Source: Iphione sp. A-MEVVRFRX5
Taxonomy: Eukaryota
Length of the DNA stretch: 64,000 bases
Assembly (NCBI GenBank): GCA_976226885.1
Contig: OZ320317.1
Coordinates: 55,242,001-55,306,000, forward strand
Reading direction: 5' to 3'
The notes below the pieces were generated by a model. That model did no database searches. It was given only the letters and a program-made list of their open reading frames with translations, and was not told the DNA's origin. The position numbers and the translations under genes are program-made. Below are positions 14,022 to 26,205 of this stretch, one piece after another. Positions within the stretch are counted from its first letter, which is position 1, and every line of letters starts with the position of its first letter.

Positions 14022-14200
14022 TTAACTTGAACGTTCTATCTCGTTGAGCATGGCCGCCACACCATTCCAGACCTCGGCGGCCGACCGAGGAATCTCCGAC
14101 TTGTCTACAACAAAGCTGGATCCACGCAGTTCAAGAGCGAACGAATACTTCACCTTGAGGATATCATAGGAAAAGCTAATCTCATCTCCGGTGGCGGGAT
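14022..14200 (-). CDS. Carboxypeptidase exon 12 (Y248, E270, stop)
   Basis: (Y)PATGDEISFSYDILKVKYSFALELRGSSFVVDKSEIPRSAAEVWNGVAAMLNEIERSS*. Confidence 0.92.
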
Positions 14201-17200
14201 CTGCAGTGGCAATGCGAAAGCATACTGTGAGGCCTGATTTTTTCATCTCGAGAAGATACAGACGAGTATACAAATATTCCTGTTAGGAACTACATGTACT
14301 TTGAATAGAAGTATAGATTGTGCGTGGCACGTACAACTTAATTTCTCTAATGTTAATTGTACTTTGTTCATGGATTTTCCGTCGGTTTACTCTAGTGGTT
14401 AATCTAATAGCTATTCATATGTGATAAGTGGTTATGATTCCCTCTCCAATTTGACATATTGGTATCCTGCTCTATCGCCCGAAAACAGATCTACCTCCTC
14501 GACTTGCATACTCGTCCAGAGTTGCTTGCACCAAAAAGTACAATCTAAAATGTACGTAGGTAAATGTAAACATCCGGATTGCCCGGGTTGCATGTGCCAA
14601 CTTACAGATGACCTCACAGATTGTTCCCTTCCTCCAGGTACCAGTTTCTCCAAGGGTGGCCTCCAGGGCGCTCACGGCAACGTTGGTTACTCTTTGCTGA
14701 AGAGTAAGAAGAACTGATCAAAAAACAGTTACTATCTGCTATAGCAACAGTGTGCGTGTATGATCAGTATATTTTTATTTTAGGAATACCCCACCGACTG
14801 TAACCTATTTTCTGGAGTTTTCTTTTAGAGGTAAACTCAAACCGAATAAATAGTTTACCATCATAGTATCTGTAGATAAAGTATTAGTCTCTGTTGTGAA
14901 TGCTAAACCATATTCATATCGACACCCCGCACCTATTATGACTTAGCATAGTGTCTAATCGACTTCGTGACTAGCTCGCCATTACCCTAATCCTGATCAC
15001 AATTTCTACCTTGTCTCACGATAATTGTACTGTGACATTTGACGCGCAATTACTGTTTTAAAGCAAACGACACGCTGTCAATCAGTCCAGTGCCAGATTA
15101 AGGTTGTCAAAGGAAGGTTAATGGATTCTTTCACTATGTATATTCACAGTATTTAACATGTTTTCTTGAGCAGTATCTGTTACCGATAGTTTTTGAAAGG
15201 ACACTCACCAGGTCAGCGTGATCATTGGTGCGAGCACAAACAACACCCTGATGTCCATATGTATGGCCATACGGGAACATCCACATCTTACCCATGGTGT
15301 GGACACACATCCAGGCCACAACATTCTGGGACTGTACCGGAAGAAAGAATGTAACAGGTGATCAAATATGAGACTGCAATAAAAGTTGTATTTGATAAAA
15401 ACGTCCAAGAGCTTATAAATCATTTCTCTTAATTTAAAATTATGGAACGGTTAGAGTCAACAAATATGAATTCCATCTGTAGCAAATTGGCTAAAAAAAT
15501 ATTATTGAACGATGGTTTCTAATCATGTGATCGTTATGTATGCAGGAAATGGGTTAAAGTGAACTGTAATCTTTTAGGAATAGTACTATGGTCTCCGGTC
15601 TGCATGCTGCGCTACTGCAACTCATTACTCCTCCATCCTCAATCGAGAGTCATGGTGAAGGATCATTATACCTGTACCAGCTGTCTCCCAAAACGAGCAA
15701 TATTCTGTGTCTCGGGCTCCGAGTTGGGGCCGGGGCCAGGATAGGTGGCTGCGCAGATGTCGCTGCTAACTCCTTCCCCTGTTAACATTAAATACACATT
15801 CAATATTACCCTTAATAACAATACACACAAAATTGTAAGTCGGGCAATAACTTCCCACTTCGAACCATTTCTGCAAAATGAGATTAGAATGGGTTTTTTT
15901 TTTCATGCAAGTGCCGTAACCGCATAGGTGCGATATTAATTGTACATATATTTATAGCACAGAGGTTTAAATAGATATCTCCAAAAATCATCAAAAAATA
16001 AAAGAAATAACTTCATGTTGTATATGATGGTATTAAAGCCAATATCTAAACATCTTGTGTGGAAAAGAAACAAGTATCTAGCAATGGAAGGCAAAGGTTT
16101 CTGCACCCTCCCTAAGTCAGCCTCTGCCGTGTATTTATTTGTAATATGCTAATACAAACATCTACTTACTACCAAAGTAGGCCTCAAAGTTTCTGTTCAA
16201 ATCTGATCCTGTGCACCAGGCACCTGCAAAGGGTGGGCGACGATTCTTCCTCCAGAAACGGTCCTAGAGTATCCCAGTGTACGTGAGAAATATAATGGAT
16301 ACATTTACACGTCTGCTAGGTGCAAAAATTGCTAATGGTCTTCTTTTCTACAGCTCGCTATACATACAATATTTGATGTATTCACTCTGTGTATTATTTA
16401 AATACAGCTGGTCTGTTATGCATTTGTGTCGCTTTAGTAATAACTGGCTTATAAAGTTGTCCTCATGAAATGATTCAGCATTAATGTCAAGAAGAATAAA
16501 GTTGTGATGGAAAGTAACTGGTAACCTCACGGAGGTTCCGGTAAGGCGTGTATGTTACTATACATCCGATTGAAAGGGTGAATGACAAATACTATCTTGG
16601 TTTTGTCTCTGATGTTTTCCTAACACTCAAGAAACCCTAGAAGCACGACTGTCCTTGAAACACGACCTGCGATGTGAAATTGAATGCTGCTTGTATCACC
16701 ACATATGTCGCGAATGAACTAAAGTGTGATATCACTTTACCTAGATTAATCACAAAAGGCATGAAGAACCCGACAAAGGCCTTCCAACTAATCTATGATA
16801 GACATCTCAGTGCATCTCTTAATGCAATGAAAACAAACCATTGGCTTACAAACTCCACTCGACAGACAATGTACCCTGGCTGAAGAATTGAGGGTTTAAT
16901 GCACTTCATGACCCTCAGGTACATATCGGTGAATAGATTGACTGAAGATATGTCCCTCCACAAAATAATGAAAATAGGATGTGCCTTGTTAACCACAAGT
17001 GCACAAAAGTGCAAAACCCCGCATGCAAGGTATGGGATTGTCTCTTGGATCGCTCTGAATTGCTAAACCAAACCCTGCAATTACATGTACAGTCATGATG
17101 CGTTAACCAAAGACTCAACAACCGGATTACCACATTAACTGTATGCAAATAGGAGAACCAAGACATTTTCACTATAATTCATACTAGCTACCCGGACATC

Positions 17201-20200
17201 ACTATCTCTAACCAGAGTGTACTTTTCGACTTTAGAGACGAATTTAATAGAATTTTGCCATAAAAACTTGCATTATAGTAAAGTATGCATAATCTATACA
17301 TGTTGTCACCGGATGACGAAAGCGAATCCCTGATGGCCTATGTTGTTTCTATGGTTAGGAGGTCGTGGCCAAAGGGACTATCTTATATATGTGTGACAAC
17401 ATGTATAGACTACATATACTTTACTATTATGCAAGTTTTCCCCACCAGGAGATGCATGTGCACTTGGATCGACCAAATGGTCAAAGGACGGCATATAGTT
17501 AACAGGGTAGTCAAGCATCATCTGACCATAGCCTCACATTAAGCGCTATCCCCATAGACGCGAATTATCCACATGTAAATTGTGGCACGGTGCGGACTTC
17601 CCGGACTGTCCCATAACAGGTGGCGGGGTCTATCCCCATATGTGTGAACTATGATACCACAGGGGTGGAACTATTTTTCTTTCTATCTGTATAAAATGCC
17701 AATAGATATTAATTGCTCTGGGGGAGTATCGGATGATACCCCCGATACCCCCTTGGCTACGGGCATGCATACACACACAAACACCTACATGTATCCCCAA
17801 CACGCATCAGGTGGCGGGGTATGCAGGAAAACCGGACCAACACCGATCATCCCGCACGCAGGAGGTGGCGTGAGTGAGAAGTTTGCATACATGAGGATAG
17901 TTGTATCTTAACTGCTTGGGCTGGACATCCCGGTCTCAATGCACAGAGTGGCGGGTCCAGAAGATTCGCGTCTATGGGGATAGCGCTTAATTGGACAAGC
18001 CAGGGACAGTCATTGCCGTTAGACCGTGTCTGAAAGCGTCTCTTTGTACCAGATTATTTTGCCAACGATATATGTGATACGATATTATGTATGGTCAGTC
18101 TATCGGTTCTATCACTGAATGAACCATTGCATTTCATTAATCATTTGGTCGTAGTGTATATTGTCATTGGTTTGTTTTGGACACGAAGAATGACCTGATT
18201 GCGCAACTACTACGAAGTATAAGTTTATCAGGATAAATAAAGCTAGGAAATTAAATCGATGATGAAGCGTATTGCCGACAATACCTTGGATCAAGGACAG
18301 AAAGGCAAAGGAATGTGCATATCAATAAACTCTCAGCAAAGTGTGCCCTTGTGCAAACTGCCTCGCTTAGGAGACAAATGATTTGAAGTAGACCTCTCTT
18401 AACAATGATCCTCCATTCGCGGTCCCCAAAATCCTGACGGGTTACAAAGGACACGGGCAATCTGACACCGCGCCTCTGCTGGTTACCAGCAAAACCTTTA
18501 TGTGATCATGTCCTGAGGAGGAAGGAGCTGGCAAATAAGTTGTATTCGGACATAAATATAGCAGTACTGGATGTGTACCTTCCGTGCCAGCGTCCATCTT
18601 ATTAGTTATCTCAAGCAATTGATTCAATATATTGCATCGATAATAGGCAATGAAAGTCATTCCGAAAGTGATTCATAAGCAAAATTGACAAAATTGTTTA
18701 AAAACGTTTCCTGGCTTATTGCTCATCAGCAGGCAACAAATAATGGAACATTCTTATTCTGTCACGTCCGCCGCTAGCAGCGATGAACATCGAGTTTGAT
18801 TGCGGGACCTGTGGTAGCTAACATCTGCTCTCATGTCAAATAATAATCAGGAAAATATTGTGCCCGACAGTTTGGAGGCACCTCCTGTTGTCAGTGGCGA
18901 CAAAACGGTTAAATACGTTAAACGCTTTGAAGGGGGAGGCACTCCTACTAGGAATTCCTCAAGTTCTTCCAGCCACCCTCACAGGGATTTAATATGAAAT
19001 ACTCAGGGTACACACCACATCTCCAGAGGAGTTTTCCCATAATTATCTTTTTTTGTATGCTGACATTCTCTGCCTTTATTGAAACAGCGAACAGACAATA
19101 ACAAAGCTCCCCTCTTGTAGCAATGCGCTGTAAACCAAATGAGTTTATACCTCGAATGATAATGGTATTTACAAACAAATTTGATATAAATATCCTATAG
19201 TCGGAGAGAAATCCACGAATGGAGCAATGGAACACTCAAAACGTAATAAGCTCATGCTTATTTATCATACTCTTGGAATTAGAGGACTGCATCTGGTGAT
19301 AAACTGGACTTTTTCATGCACATGCCGCTGTATATAATTACAGACATGATGACTAAATGGTGCAGTAAAATAGATACTAATGTTAGTCAAATTAAATTGT
19401 TTGATAGTGCATTTTGTCTCCACATAAATAGTCAGTTCCCGTCATCAAGACTTCAAAAATAGATTTGGGCATTATAAAGGTTAAAGAGCATCCTTGTGTT
19501 TTCTAGTTAATAGAATCACACGATGTGGACTGATGGATAGATGGGTGGGTAAAAGTATTTCTAGATTCGCCTAATCAGTAGAGGCACATCATTTTCACCT
19601 ACATATGAAAACTTTGAATGACAGCTGGTGTTTTTGAAGTGAAAAGGAACCAGACTGCCAGGATATTGTGAACAAAGAAAACGTTAGTGCAAACTTACTG
19701 AATCCCAGGAGAATACGTAGCCATCAGGGTTACCAACAGCCAGGAAGTACCAATCATACTTGTTGACGAGGGTAGTCACTTCGGGGTTTGACTTATACTC
19801 AGTAATAATCTATTGGACAGAGGACGAAAGCCTTCAAAGTCTTTGTTACATCTCCGTTAAACGAATGCGTGGAACGACGTATAAATCCAAACAGCGTTGA
19901 ACTACAAGAACTAATATTTCACACAATTAGACACAAAACGAGTGCTGGTATTTGGAGGGACTCTCTTTACGTGTCATGACCATGCTGTAACCACATGGGG
20001 TGGTGTCTTCTGCTCACCTTGTTAATCATCTTCAGTTCTGTGGCCATTGCGAGCCACTCGCGGGAATGAAGGATGGACTCCAGCCATATAGCTCTGTTCC
20101 GGCTTCCAGCCTTCCCGATCTGAATCACAAGTGAAAATAATTATAACATACGGACACGCTCCTGCCGGGCACAAGGGAGAATATACTGTTCCATAGTAGA

Positions 20201-23200
20201 AATGCCTTATGGGGATCTGTAAAAAAAATCTGCTCTGAATGATTTGGTGTAAATCATTTTTCGCATTAGCCAATTCCGTTGTTAATATAGTCATGTAGAA
20301 ATCTGAACACGATATCTACTACCGTTGTCGTGGCACAAGGTTACGACGGGTTTTTTTAACGCTCACCTCAAATTTATGGTCGGTCTCAACATCTGTTTCC
20401 GTTATGATCATAATATATGGACAATCCGAATTGCTTTATGACGTACTACACAGAACGAGAAATATTCTATGTAATGCTCCTTCTATGAATCGATGTCACG
20501 ATGTGTTCTGCATCACATAGAAAAAATCATACATTCTACCTTATACATTCTATCTTAATATTCTATGCAGCTACCTTTCAGGCAACCTTCAAGGTTATAT
20601 TTACCTTAAAGACTTTCTGACTGCGTCCTTCAAACGTCTTGCCAATGTCGATGATCCTACATTCAAGACCGGAAGGGCATGCCGCAGCCCAACGGTCGTA
20701 CTGCTGGTAGATCTATATTACACGCAAAAGAGTCGAGAAGCAAGAGAATAAGTGTATTTTACCGATAAATGGCTTTATAAGATTAACCGCGTCGTTAAGA
20801 TTACGATATCTTATAACCAAATATAAACACAATAAAATTGATTTGGATTTATGCGTTATCGAATACGTTCAGAATACAGTACCTCAAACAGACCAGGATT
20901 TAGCGCTATTTTCTGACTGCACTGTTATGTTTTGCTTTAGTCTGCCTTACAAGAGAGTGAGACAAAAATGACATTACAGAATCGAGCCAATCAGCGATGA
21001 GAATTATAAATTATTTTCTTTTATCTTTGACTACTATTATTTTATACAATTGGACCACCTCTTTGATAGAGCAAAACGATTACCCTTGATATGATTTAAA
21101 AAACTGAGAAATATCTATGCTTACCGCCTCTAGTCGGTTAAAGTCATCGATATCAAAGTTGAATGGGTCCGTCTCATATCGAGCATCGAGTCTCTGAAAT
21201 TCCTTGTCCATGGTTCTGTAGGGACCAGTTCAATCGTTTTATGAATATTGAACTAGCTGCACCATAGTGATCTCTGACCATTGCAGATTGTACATGTAAT
21301 GACTGAACAAGTTGACCAATATGGTCCAGGTTCCGTCGCCATGAGCACTAAGTCAACCCAACAGCATTAAGTCCAACCATAATAGTCTCATTCCAACGTA
21401 CTGACAAAACAACTGCTGTTATCTCTTTTATATTCACCCCGTTCTGCTTCAAGAATAAGTCCACTTCAGGATATCCCAGAATGAAATGTTCAGTTCAAAT
21501 TCTAGGTCTGTTCCTCTCCGGATTAGTACAGGCAGCATGTTCACAAGAACAGTAAAACGGTTGAGGATTAGACAAATGAACGTTTGTCTTTATTTCAAAT
21601 TCAGCTTCACCTTGACTTTTGCACAGGTGCACTAGAATATAATTGAAATGGATACACAGATTAAGAACCTTCTCAACCCAGGGCTTGAACATATTAGCTG
21701 GTACCTAACCTAGTCGTAAAAAACAACCCATATTATGCTGCATATATTGGAGTCTATTTCAGAAAATAAAATTATAATTAAAACAGTACCACAAAAAATA
21801 TTCACAATGGAGGCACTCTAGGTGCTTGATGAGACTACCCATGGAAACCGTCTTATAGTGGGAAAAACATCGGACTCAACATATAAGCAGTTTTCAGACC
21901 CCTTTTAAAAAAAAAACACCCTTACCCAAAACACACCATAGTGAGACCTTCTGGTCACCCTTGACAACCAACCACCAAGGGAGTTAAAAGGAGGGAAGCA
22001 TAAGCTAGCAGGCCCATAACTCGGTCGAGTCTCAAACAGACAGGACCCTTGCAAGCGTCTTAAACTTAGAATGTAATTGAATGTTCAGAAGAATAGAAAG
22101 TTAGTTTGAATATTCACGGTGATGGTCGGAAATCTTCTTCAAGAAAAGTTTGAAGTAAGTAAAGGATAATGTTAAACATACTCCTGCACGTTGTTATCCT
22201 GGACGCTCACCATCATGTTTTGGTTGAGAAGCTCTATAGACAGGCTCGCCGCGTGATTGGGTGGCACAAGAATGTACCCCGCTCTCTTTATGCCGGGATC
22301 CTTGAAAATCTCGAACTTATAGATAAAAAGACGTTTAGAATTACAAGGCGTTGCCAAGATAAAAATGCCAAGCAAAAAAAGAATCTTTCAGTGAACCCGA
22401 CCGACCTTACATCACAGTTAATGGCAACTTTTTATTTTTGTTCTTCTTTTCTGAATATCATAGGAATGAATAATGATATAAACATGCACTATACATTATA
22501 TTGCTACTTAGGTCACTAGCTCTCATTTCATATAAGTTTCCTAAAGATCTAAGTAGCGCAAGTGGCATTAACAGATACATTTTCAGCCTGTTATTAGAAA
22601 CACAGAACTTTCATTTTTAGGTCTTAGCATACGTGAATGAAAGTTTCTGATTTTGGAAGTTGTGAGCAGTATAGAAAGAACAATTTTGCCGCTGTAATGA
22701 CCAGTTCTCCCCCCGTGCGATCTAATGATCAGCCAATTGATCTGTCATTTCTTTCTTAATTGTATTCAATGCGGATTGTGTCTTACCAGTCCTTTGCTCG
22801 CCATCTCAGATAAAAGTTTCTGCTGCTCCTTTGTAGAGGCAATAACCTCAAAGATTTTGTACCTGGAAAAAATGAACCTCTTTTCATCTACAGGGTTTTT
22901 AATATAGTCTTTTAATATATTCCTAATAACAATATCACATAATTATCCAAGCAATACGTAAAAGACAGTAGGGCTACAAGAGGGCAACCATTATCTCCAG
23001 AGTCACTGGAAATATTTGATGATTGTAACCTCGAAAATAACTTCATATAATACTGATAAGTAAAGTTCTATTCATTCGAAACATAACCATAAAGATGGTG
23101 TCCAATACTTGGTATATTGAAATTTCTGTAGATATCAATATCTCGTGGTAAGAAGAGAACGTGTTTAGGATTTAACTAGAGGCATCTTCGCCCAAAAGAA

Positions 23201-24017
23201 TTTATAAAACTCTTTTGATTTTTTTTTTACATCGTTTACATTGTATTCATAGAATCCAATATTCACTTCGAAGTCATTTCCCTGTTAATCCTTATTCCCA
23301 TTAGGTTTTAAGTCCATCAAGGTGGTCGTAACCTATTTTGAATATTCTACCTATTCTGTTATTGCTCATGCACAACGTCTAGAATTATTTGTTATGGGAG
23401 ATGGGGAACAGGAAGGGCCTTTCTTATCAAAGCACTTGATGGTTAGAGGAAGACTTGATGATTATGAACAGTTCATCTGGCGGCATCTATCAGAAATATA
23501 GCAATACATTGTTTTGCCTTTCTTGTCTTTCTGCTTTATCACTATGGACCTGTTCCATGGCTTTTATCTGCATCAGAAGTAATCTCCAGAGCGTAGCCTA
23601 GAGACAGAATATATTAAGATAGCGGGGAAACAATCGTATGGGGACCCTTCCATAAACCTATGTATTTCTGTCTACAAACGCTCCTTCTATAAATACATGT
23701 ATATGTGTAAGGTGGTAACAAAAATTAAACGTTAATATTCATGCAGATGTTTCGTAAATAGAATCTAAATTAACTAAACATATCTCTGCTATATTCATTG
23801 TCGGGCGCCTTGAACGTACAACATGAATAACTTACTCATAATTAACATTCACTGAAAGGATATACGTTGCAATAAATTATGTACATCGTCGGTTGTGAAA
23901 TGTGTGCTGAAAAGAATTCATCACTGCCCTCAACACAGGAACCTACCCGTCATAACGCCGACGCTCTGCAAGGGCACCACAGACAACGAAGACGAGAACA
24001 AGCGTACGTAACCACAT
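14022..24017 (-). CDS. M14A zinc metallocarboxypeptidase (CPA/CPB-like preproenzyme), 12 exons, about 426 aa
   Basis: Exons: 24017-23947, 22862-22787, 22315-22182, 21215-21125, 20712-20605, 20119-20018, 19809-19699, 16263-16170, 15778-15678 (or 15672), 15331-15209, 14696-14606, 14200-14022. All introns are GT-AG with matching phases and the frame is open. Signal peptide MWLRTLVLVFVVCGALA; prodomain; HSRE (H69/E72), NPDGY, WRKNR (R127), DLNRNF (N144/R145), VHT (H196), YPA (Y248), ELR (E270). Confidence 0.93.
14606..14696 (-). CDS. Carboxypeptidase exon 11
   Basis: CTTACTCTTCAG| QRVTNVAVSALEATLGETGTWRKGTICEVI-Y |GTAAGT. Confidence 0.9.
15209..15331 (-). CDS. Carboxypeptidase exon 10 (third zinc ligand H196)
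   Basis: SQNVVAWMCVHTMGKMWMFPYGHTYGHQGVVCARTNDHADL |GTGAGT. Confidence 0.9.
15678..15778 (-). CDS. Carboxypeptidase exon 9
   Basis: EGVSSDICAATYPGPGPNSEPETQNIARFGRQL; the donor is either GTACAG (15677) or GTATAA (15671), both phase 0. Confidence 0.88.
16170..16263 (-). CDS. Carboxypeptidase exon 8 (WRKNR, NRNF)
   Basis: DRFWRKNRRPPFAGAWCTGSDLNRNFEAYFG-R |GTAAGT. Confidence 0.92.
17543..17986. mobile_element. Non-autonomous DNA transposon with TTAA target duplication (piggyBac/Kolobok-type), in carboxypeptidase intron 7
   Basis: TTAA|GCGCTATCCCCATAGACGCGAAT ... ATTCGCGTCTATGGGGATAGCGC|TTAA: perfect 23-bp TIRs. Contains part of the GGCTACGGGC MITE family at about 17720-17765. Confidence 0.85.
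19699..19809 (-). CDS. Carboxypeptidase exon 7 (NPDGY)
   Basis: IITEYKSNPEVTTLVNKYDWYFLAVGNPDGYVFSWDS |GTAAGT. Confidence 0.92.
20018..20119 (-). CDS. Carboxypeptidase exon 6 (HxxE zinc ligands)
   Basis: IGKAGSRNRAIWLESILHSREWLAMATELKMINK |GTGAGC. Confidence 0.92.
20605..20712 (-). CDS. Carboxypeptidase exon 5
   Basis: IYQQYDRWAAACPSGLECRIIDIGKTFEGRSQKVFK |GTAAAT; contains the IG.T.EGR motif. Confidence 0.9.
21125..21215 (-). CDS. Carboxypeptidase exon 4 (prodomain/mature junction)
   Basis: CCCTACAG| TMDKEFQRLDARYETDPFNFDIDDFNRLEA |GTAAGC. Confidence 0.85.
22182..22315 (-). CDS. Carboxypeptidase exon 3 (prodomain)
   Basis: FEIFKDPGIKRAGYILVPPNHAASLSIELLNQNMMVSVQDNNVQ-E |GTATGT (phase 2). 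Confidence 0.85.
22787..22862 (-). CDS. Carboxypeptidase exon 2 (prodomain)
   Basis: TTTTTTCCAG| YKIFEVIASTKEQQKLLSEMASKGL |GTAAGA. Confidence 0.88.
23947..24017 (-). CDS. Carboxypeptidase exon 1 (signal peptide)
   Basis: ATCACC-ATG; MWLRTLVLVFVVCGALAERRRYD-G; donor GG|GTAGGT (phase 2). Confidence 0.88.
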
Positions 24018-24062
24018 GGTGATAAAGGGGAAACGGACACCTGAGTGGCCAAAGAATGAGAC

Positions 24063-24070
24063 ATTTATAT
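24063..24070 (-). promoter_or_regulatory. Putative TATA box of the carboxypeptidase gene
   Basis: Minus-strand ATATAAAT, about 27 nt upstream of an Inr-like CTCAG (about 24042) and about 50 nt upstream of the ATG. Confidence 0.55.
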
Positions 24071-25218
24071 CGTATACAGGATCTAGCCCGGTCCACACTA
24101 TTCAAAGATAACCGACGGGAGTGCAAGAACGCCGTCTTGTTAAATATGTACATGTGCACTTGGGCAGACAAATTATTGTGACCACGTTGTCTGGTTCTGC
24201 TTACATCGGTGCAAAATTGGTAGTTGGACACTACCGTTCCGTTGATCGATTAAAAACTGTATAAAGACTAGAGCGGACCTCTGATTCGAAAGACCATGTT
24301 AGTCTCATTCAAGCGCGTAAAAAACTATGTGCATTGGCCTTCAGAGGGAAGATGAGCACGATAAGATAAGAAAAACATAAGGTACCAAACAGGTGATTCT
24401 TCTCATCGCTAGCAATCATAGACGAGCTTGCATAATGGTATCGCAGGCGAAGAGTGAATGGCACTTGAATGGCATACAATACACGTGTAGCTATAACTAC
24501 ATACCTATACATACTCACCTACTTAACTAAGTATTTATGTACTTAAGAGTTAATTGTCTCAGATACCTAAACCCAACATACCTATGGAGAAACATTTCAC
24601 ATGGGTAGGTATCATCATCTAGTGCAAACAACTGGCATTTCAGTTAGAACAATATTCACTGCATTATGTTCTCCTCATGAACAATATGGGTCTGAAAACT
24701 ATTCAACTGTTCTGTGTAACTGTCTCTCTACTCCGTGGGGCTAAATTTTGCCAACTCTTCTAGAATAATTGTCCACGCAGCAAAACCGTTGGTGTTTCCA
24801 CTCTTGTTTCAACTACGATGCACGACGCGTTATAAACTGAGGTATATAAATCCTTTTAATTTGATTTTGTAATCATTAGGCACTAAAGTTGAAGAGAGAA
24901 GACATGTTTGGGGTACCAGATTTACTTCTTGACCCATAAATGGTCATATGTATATATTGGGATACAGACAATAGACACACAAATTGGGGGAAATAGCCCA
25001 CAATTAGGCCTTTATTACTGACACAAAAAGAAAATTCAGAGTGGAATAATGGTTAGTAACTATATGTTCCTTTGATCGATACATCATAGATACAGGTAGC
25101 AGTTGTCATGTGGATACGCTATGTTGTCTTGGTATCCAAACCATATTCAAATAAACGCCTTATTCGACATATTGGGATACAGACAATAGACACACAAATT
25201 GGGGGAAATAGCCCACAA

Positions 25219-26205
25219 TTAGGCCAACCCCAAAGAAGAAACAACAGATTTATCTGCATTCAATAAGTCATCTTCATTAAGATTAATATATTTAAATACA
25301 GCATTGCTTCTCCAACCACCCACATGCTTAATAATGTGCAGAGGAACACCCACTCTTGCTAAATGTTTAGCACCCCCCCTCCTCAGGGAATGAGATGAAA
25401 TCCTACCAACTATGCCAGCTGACTTAGAAATCCTCTTCAGTTCCTGTTGGAAGTCTAAATAATTTAAATGGCAAAATTCCTCGCCTTTACAGTAACCAAA
25501 AACAGGACTCTCTGGGTCAAGTTTAACTAGAATAAAAAGAACTTCTAACCAATAAACTATGCAAATCTCTTTCTTCTCGCATCTAGACAGAACAATCTTC
25601 CTGGGCCTTTCTCCAAACTGATCTGACTTCGAATGATGGATGTTCAAAACTACTTTATCCTCAGCTATTAGAACATCTTTCCTCTTCAATATGGATATGC
25701 CTGTGTACTGACGCTTCCTTAGTAGACCTCTGAAGGCCAACCAAACTGCACACCAAAATACCAAATTGAATTGGTTCTTCCATGACATAAAATTGTACAT
25801 CTTCAACAAATCTGAAGGAGTGACACCATCAGCTTTCAGACAGGGACCAGTAAAATTCCTTTTAAGACCATCCAACATCCATTTAATATTATAATCAGAA
25901 ACATCTGGAAAACGAAGATTCCTCAATTTGTGTTCAAAAACCACTCCACTCAAATAGTTCTTTACTGAACTAGGATACATGACTCTACACAAGAAAGAAC
26001 AATAACACAATAATTGAAACTGACTACACGCATAAGCAACAAAACCGAAATCTTTGCAAAATCCTAGATAAGTAATCTCCTGCTTCCTCCTCGTTCTCAA
26101 AGTGTTATCCGAAAAGGCATTGGACTTCAACCGTTCAGCATCCCACAATAAGCCATCAATTCCTCCTGCAAGAAAACAAAACCTCCTTACAGCATGCAGA
26201 ATCAA
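25219..26205 (-). CDS. Ngaro tyrosine recombinase (328 aa)
   Basis: Catalytic set R (GLLRK), K (SKSD), HSLR, GW and Y (VFKY). The stop codon lies inside repeat B1. Confidence 0.9.
   Translation of the reverse strand: MILHAVRRFCFLAGGIDGLLWDAERLKSNAFSDNTLRTRRKQEITYLGFCKDFGFVAYACSQFQLLCYCSFLCRVMYPSSVKNYLSGVVFEHKLRNLRFPDVSDYNIKWMLDGLKRNFTGPCLKADGVTPSDLLKMYNFMSWKNQFNLVFWCAVWLAFRGLLRKRQYTGISILKRKDVLIAEDKVVLNIHHSKSDQFGERPRKIVLSRCEKKEICIVYWLEVLFILVKLDPESPVFGYCKGEEFCHLNYLDFQQELKRISKSAGIVGRISSHSLRRGGAKHLARVGVPLHIIKHVGGWRSNAVFKYINLNEDDLLNADKSVVSSLGLA

Noticed and set aside
18100-19240. Possible decayed transposase in carboxypeptidase intron 7
   Set aside because: Coding-like composition only; no diagnostic motifs.
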